From NCBI RefSeq assembly GCF_009914755.1, contig NC_060926.1: a stretch of 64,000 bases of DNA. One strand, given 5' to 3'. This DNA comes from the human T2T-CHM13v2.0 reference genome, Homo sapiens. A program made the translations under genes and the position numbers. The notes under the pieces are model-generated. The model searched no databases and was not told where the DNA came from. It was given only the letters and a program-made list of their open reading frames with translations. Positions 59,142 through 64,000 of the stretch are shown here, piece after piece; within the stretch, counting starts at the first letter, position 1, and each line of letters opens with the position of its first letter.

Positions 59142-59560
59142 TGTATTAGTCCATTCTTTTATTGCTATAAAGAAATACCTGACACTGGGCAATTTATAAA
59201 GAGAAGAGGCTTAATTGGCCCACAGTTCCACAGGCTGTACAGGAAGCATGATTCTGCCATCTGCTTGTCTTCTGGGGAGGCCTCAGGAAACTTACAATCA
59301 TGGTAGAAGGCAAAGTGGGAGCAAGGGGTCTTACACGGCAGGAGCAAGACCAAGGGGGGTGGGGGAGGTGTTACCTACCTTTAAAACAACCAAATCTCGT
59401 GATAACTCACTATCACTAAGAAAAACACCAAGGGGGATGGTGTTAAACCATGAGAAATCTCCCCCATGATCCAATCACCTCCCACCAGGCTCCACCTCCA
59501 ACACTGGGTATTAAAATTGAACATGAGATTTAGGAGAGGACGCAGATACAAACCATATCA
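59142..59560 (-). mobile_element. MSTA-like MaLR solo LTR
   Basis: tgtattagtccattct...ctggggaggcctcaggaaacttacaatcatgg...aaaccatatca; TSD gaatg/gagtg. Confidence 0.9.
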
Positions 59561-59597
59561 GAGTGAGGTGTACAATCTTGATTACTGTTGAATAAAA

Positions 59598-59722
59598 TTT
59601 TTTGAGGTAGAGGTCTTACTTTGTTTACTGGGCTTGTCTGAAACTCCCAGGCTCAAGTAATTCTCCTGCCTCAGCCTCCTGAGTAGCTGGGACTACAAGT
59701 GTGCACCACCATGCCCAACCCA
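59598..59722 (-). mobile_element. Alu monomer (FLAM/FAM-like)
   Basis: Single arm ctcaagtaattctcctgcctcagcctcctgagtagctgggactac. Confidence 0.8.
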
Positions 59723-62044
59723 GTTTAGTAAGTTTTGACATATGCATATACAGATTAATGTGGCCAAATTCATATGAATAAAATAATACAGTATATACAT
59801 TTTGGGATAAAGTTTCTTTCATTAGTGTAATATTTTAAAAATTCATCCATGTTGTTGTGACTACCTGTGCTTCATTCTTTTTATTGCTGGTTAGTATTTA
59901 ATTGTATGAATATACAGTAGTTTGTTTCTCTGTTCTCCTATTCATGAGCACCTAGGCTGTTTCTAGTTTTTGGCTACTGTGATATATCAAGCTACCATGA
60001 GCATTCTTAGAAAAACATTTAGTGAACATATGCTTCTCTATCTCTTGGGTAAAAACCTATAAGGAAAATTGTTACATTATAGGACAGGTACATTTTAGAT
60101 TTCTAAAAAACTGTCAGAACTTTTTCAAAGTGTTTTACACTCCATGAACAGTTAAAGAGTGTTCTGATTACTCTGCATCTTCATCAGTATTTAGTATTAT
60201 TATCAGAAACTTGTTTGTTTGCTTTAGAAATTCTGGTAAATGTTGTCTCCCTAATCAGTAATGATGTTGAAATCATTTCATGACCTTATTGGCCATTTGT
60301 ATATCTCCTTTTGTGAAGTGATCATTCTATTCTTTTGCCCATTTAAAAAATTTGTCTTTGTCCTTTTATTGCTGAATTATAGACTTTTTCATGTATATAT
60401 ATGAAAAATATATATTTCATATAGATAAAAAATTTATATTTATATGGAGAGGTATCTAACTACATGTAGATTTCATATATATATATATTTCAAAATTATG
60501 TTTGTAAAATATTTTCTCCCATCTATGAATGCTTATTCATTTTCTAAATGTGTGAACTAATTTAGCTTTTATTTTTTCTTTTATGGTTATACCTTTTTGC
60601 ATCCTGTCTAAAATACCTTTGCATACTTCCAAGTTGCAATGATACTGCTTTCTCTTTTTTACAAGCATAAATATTTAGCTTTAATGCTTAGGTTTCCAAC
60701 TCATTTAAATTTAAATTTTGTGGGTAGTGCAGCTGCAGTTAGTTTATTTTTTATTAAAAACTCTAGTTGTTTCAGCATATTTTGTTAAACAGATTTTCCT
60801 TTTCTCATTGGATTGCTTTGCAACTTTATTGAGAATTGGTTGACTATATAATTGAAGGATTATTTCTGAGTTCTCTGTTCTCTTCTACTAATTTGTCTAT
60901 CTTTATGCCAGCATCATTCTGTGATATTTACTGTAGCATTATAGTAAAGTTTAAAATCCTGTAAGTTTATTTTTTTAATTCAAGATTGCTTTGAATACTC
61001 CAGATTTTTGCATTTTCACATAAACTTTGAATCATCTTGATTATTTCTAAAAAAAAAAGTCTGCTGGAATTATAGCACTTGCATTGAAACTATAGATCAA
61101 TCTAAATTAATTCACATTTTAACAATATTAAGTATTCCAATCCATAAACATTATATATTTTGCCATATATTTACATCTTTGTTAAATTTTTTCAACAATA
61201 TCTTGATGTTTTCAATGTACAGGTTTCATTTTTGTTAAATGTATTCCTGAGTATATTAAATTCGATGGATAATCTTTCTTTTACTGCTGTGAAACTTTTC
61301 TCTATCTTTGTTTTCTGCCAGTTGGCTATACTGCAACTGGTGTGATGTTCTTCATATTTATTCACTGAATTTCTTGAATCTGAAATTTAGCATAATTCAT
61401 CAAGTGTGGACATTTTTTAGCAATTATTTTTTTGAGAGATTTTTCTTGCCTCATCCTTTTTCTCTTTTCAGCAGTTTTCTATGTCATGCCTAGGTGTTGC
61501 TTTTTTTAATTTTTTTTTCTACTGAGTCTTCCATAGGATTATTGATCTGTGTCAATTTTTTTATCCATTTTGGAAAGTTCTCAGACATTATTTCTTAAAA
61601 TATTTTTTCTAGACCCATTCTTACATTTTTGCCTTCTGAATCCATTTATACAAATGTTAGACCTTCTCACTGTACCTTTATATTTTATACTCTCTCATAA
61701 TAAAATTTACATATGTTTTCTCTTCATGCTTTATTCTGGAACTTTTCTTTTGATGTATACTTCAATTTACTAATTCTTACTTTAGCTGTATCTAAGAAAC
61801 CCTTATACCTTGGTATGAAATTACTTATTTATTTATATGTTCCAGGATTTTTATCTGGTTCATTGCTTTCTATTTTCCAAGTTAATCAAGGCTACATTCA
61901 GTCTCTCATCTCATCAACTCTTCCCCTGAAATACTCCCAGGGGAAATGATGGTTCTTATTTTCTTGGGACTGTAACATTTCCTGAGTTTTGAGATATTTT
62001 TTCACCATCTTATTAGATTTCTATGCCTTCAATCATACATTTTT

Positions 62045-62144
62045 AAGAGACTTTTTTAAGGGCAGTTTTCAGATTCTAGAAACATTGAGGGGAATGTGCT
62101 GAGAGTTCGCATACGCTACCTCCCCACCTCCACATACACACAGG

Positions 62145-62175
<31 letters not shown>

Positions 62176-62472
62176 TAGTTTCCCATATTATTAACTTCTT
62201 GCATTGGTGTGGTAAGTTCATTAAAATTGATGAATCAATATTAATACATTATTCTTAACTAAAATTTATAGTTTATATTAGGGTTTGCTTTTTGCATTCT
62301 GCATTCTATGATTTTAAGAAATGTAAAATGACATGTATCCATCATTATAGTATCATACAGAAGTTTCATTGCCTAGAATTCCCTATGCTCTACCTATTCA
62401 TCCTTTTCCCTGAATCATCTCAAAATCATGATCTTTTTACTGTCTCTATAGTTCTGCCTTTTCCAAGATGTC
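62045..62472 (-). mobile_element. L1MC1/2-like 3' end containing a (CA)n at 62145-62169
   Basis: ttgatgaatcaatattaatacattatt...gtatccatcattatagtatcatacaga...tttactgtctctatagttctgccttttcca. Confidence 0.75.
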
Positions 62473-62474
62473 TC

Positions 62475-63010
62475 AGTAGTCTAAAGAGCACTGGAGTTGG
62501 GTACTAATCTTCTCCCATGCTGGTTAGGCTCTGGTAAAACCCAACGTACTGAACACTTTGGCCCAGTTGTTTTCCTTAAGGGCAGACTTTTATTAAGGAG
62601 AACAGAATACTCTGGCATATTTCAGAATGGTTACTTTTCCTGCCCTCCTGCCAGAAGCACAAGGGAGTTTTTCATTGATTTCACCCTGAGAACCTGGAGG
62701 AGCTCCTGAATGTAAAACTTTGTATTTTATTCCCAAGTTATCCATGTTGAGCTTGCAGCAATTCGTCAATTACTGTATATTTAATATGTTTCCTCTGGTA
62801 CTGGCCCCAGCAGCAGGCTTTTACTTTTGGGCTTCTGGTCTGGTGGCTATGATTCTTTGTATATTCCTGCCCCTCCAGTTTTGGGGCAGCAGTTTGCCCT
62901 ATGACGTAAATGCTCTGATAGATTTAAGAAGTGTTGTTTAGCTCTTCTAAATTTTCAGTTTGTTTAGCTTTTTATCTAGCTCCTTACATGCCAGACCAGA
63001 AAGAGAAGGT
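62475..63010 (-). mobile_element. L1M 5'-region fragment (L1MCa/L1MDa-like)
   Basis: ctggagttgggta...ggttaggctctggtaaaaccca...ttttggggcagcagtttgccctatgac; family from memory. Confidence 0.55.
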
Positions 63011-63299
63011 CAACAGAATAATCCATACAACTTAAAAAAAAAAAACATACTTTTTGCCAATTTGTTTTATCTGAATTGGATTGTTGCCTTAAATTATATA
63101 CTATTACGTGAAGCAGAAGTCTTCTTTATTATCTATGTTAACCTTCATATCAGCTCTATGAATAATTGATTGATCATTATTCCTTGGATATTTCTGTTAA
63201 TACCATGTTTCTTTGCTTGCCTATATTTCCCCCTTAGTAGCTGAAATGCCTCTCAACTATTGAACCTAAACTTTAAATAACTTTAGTCTTTCTAAATTC

Positions 63300-63620
63300 T
63301 ACTCATCCTTTATAATCTAATTGAAATGGCTCTTCTTCCATTAAATATCAAAAGCATTACCTGCCTTCTTAAATACTCTCAGCACTCTATTTGCACTCTT
63401 CGTCACTTTCTTTTGTGCATTACTTATTTATGTGCAGATAGGTCACTATATAGTTATAAAAGCACATCTTCCCAAAGATTAATTTTTTATTTACCTCAAG
63501 AATCAAATTTAGTGCCACATAACTAATAAAATATGCTTAGTCAGGTTTAACACTATATCTCATATGTTAAAAGAATGAAATTTAACAAAGCCTAGAACCA
63601 ATTCCTGTGCTAAGTGACTG
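63300..63620 (+). mobile_element. L2 fragment
   Basis: actcatcctttata...tttagtgccacataactaataaaatatgctt degenerate L2 3' part. Confidence 0.4.
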
Positions 63621-64000
63621 AATCAAGATTGAATAATCCCAACTCAGAGACTGCTTCCCATATCTTTTCTGTAAAATCATCTTCTCCTGTGATCTTAAAT
63701 CCCCATTCTATGTTGGCTATCATAAACATGATCACGAACTAAATTGTATTTAATGTCTAGTAACTTAATATCTTTTTCTTGTCCTAAGACTTTTTTTCCC
63801 AGAATTAGCAATGTCAGCAGGGTAGGAAGCAGGAAAGAAGAGATGAGGTTAATAATTAGTTGGGCCCCTTCATAAAGAGCAGTGGACATTCATAGGTTCT
63901 ATGAGAAAAAAATGCTCTATGACAATTAAACTGGGAAATGCTAGATCAAGCAAAAATAAATGCTTATTTTTAAATTTACATTGAAAACTTCCAAGATGAA

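Larger units (their letters stand above)
59100..61900 (-). mobile_element. Fragmented old L1M (MC/MD-like), interrupted by MSTA and an Alu monomer
   Basis: aattcatccatgttgttg, ttattggccatttgtatatctccttttgtgaagtg, ttcaagattgctttg, ctatagatcaat antisense L1 ORF2/3' motifs. Confidence 0.8.

Overview
This is AT-rich, CpG-depleted primate genomic DNA, very likely human because it carries an AluYb8/Yb9-type insertion at ~21.6-21.9 kb. I see no credible protein-coding exon, CpG island, intact RNA gene or CRISPR array. The ORF track is mostly chance or Alu/low-complexity ORFs. The window is a mosaic of interspersed repeats: about 20 Alus or Alu monomers, L1/L2/MIR fragments, MaLR/ERV1/ERVL solo LTRs and hAT MITEs. 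It also holds a ~7.8 kb two-LTR MER4-group provirus remnant (48684-56456) with nested THE1, MER1B and a chimeric Alu. The least obvious feature is a degraded processed pseudogene of ribosomal protein RPL9 on the minus strand (~57955-58970), missed by the ORF track. It carries three later insertions, including a poly(A)-tailed 5S rRNA 5' fragment. Other oddities are a 29-bp templated insertion copied from 1.65 kb away, a tailless Alu and nested TSD pairs. I found no evidence for a previously undescribed biological system; the findings are genome-evolution events. Repeat subfamily names come from remembered consensus sequences and need RepeatMasker/Dfam confirmation. Boundaries of old repeats are approximate.
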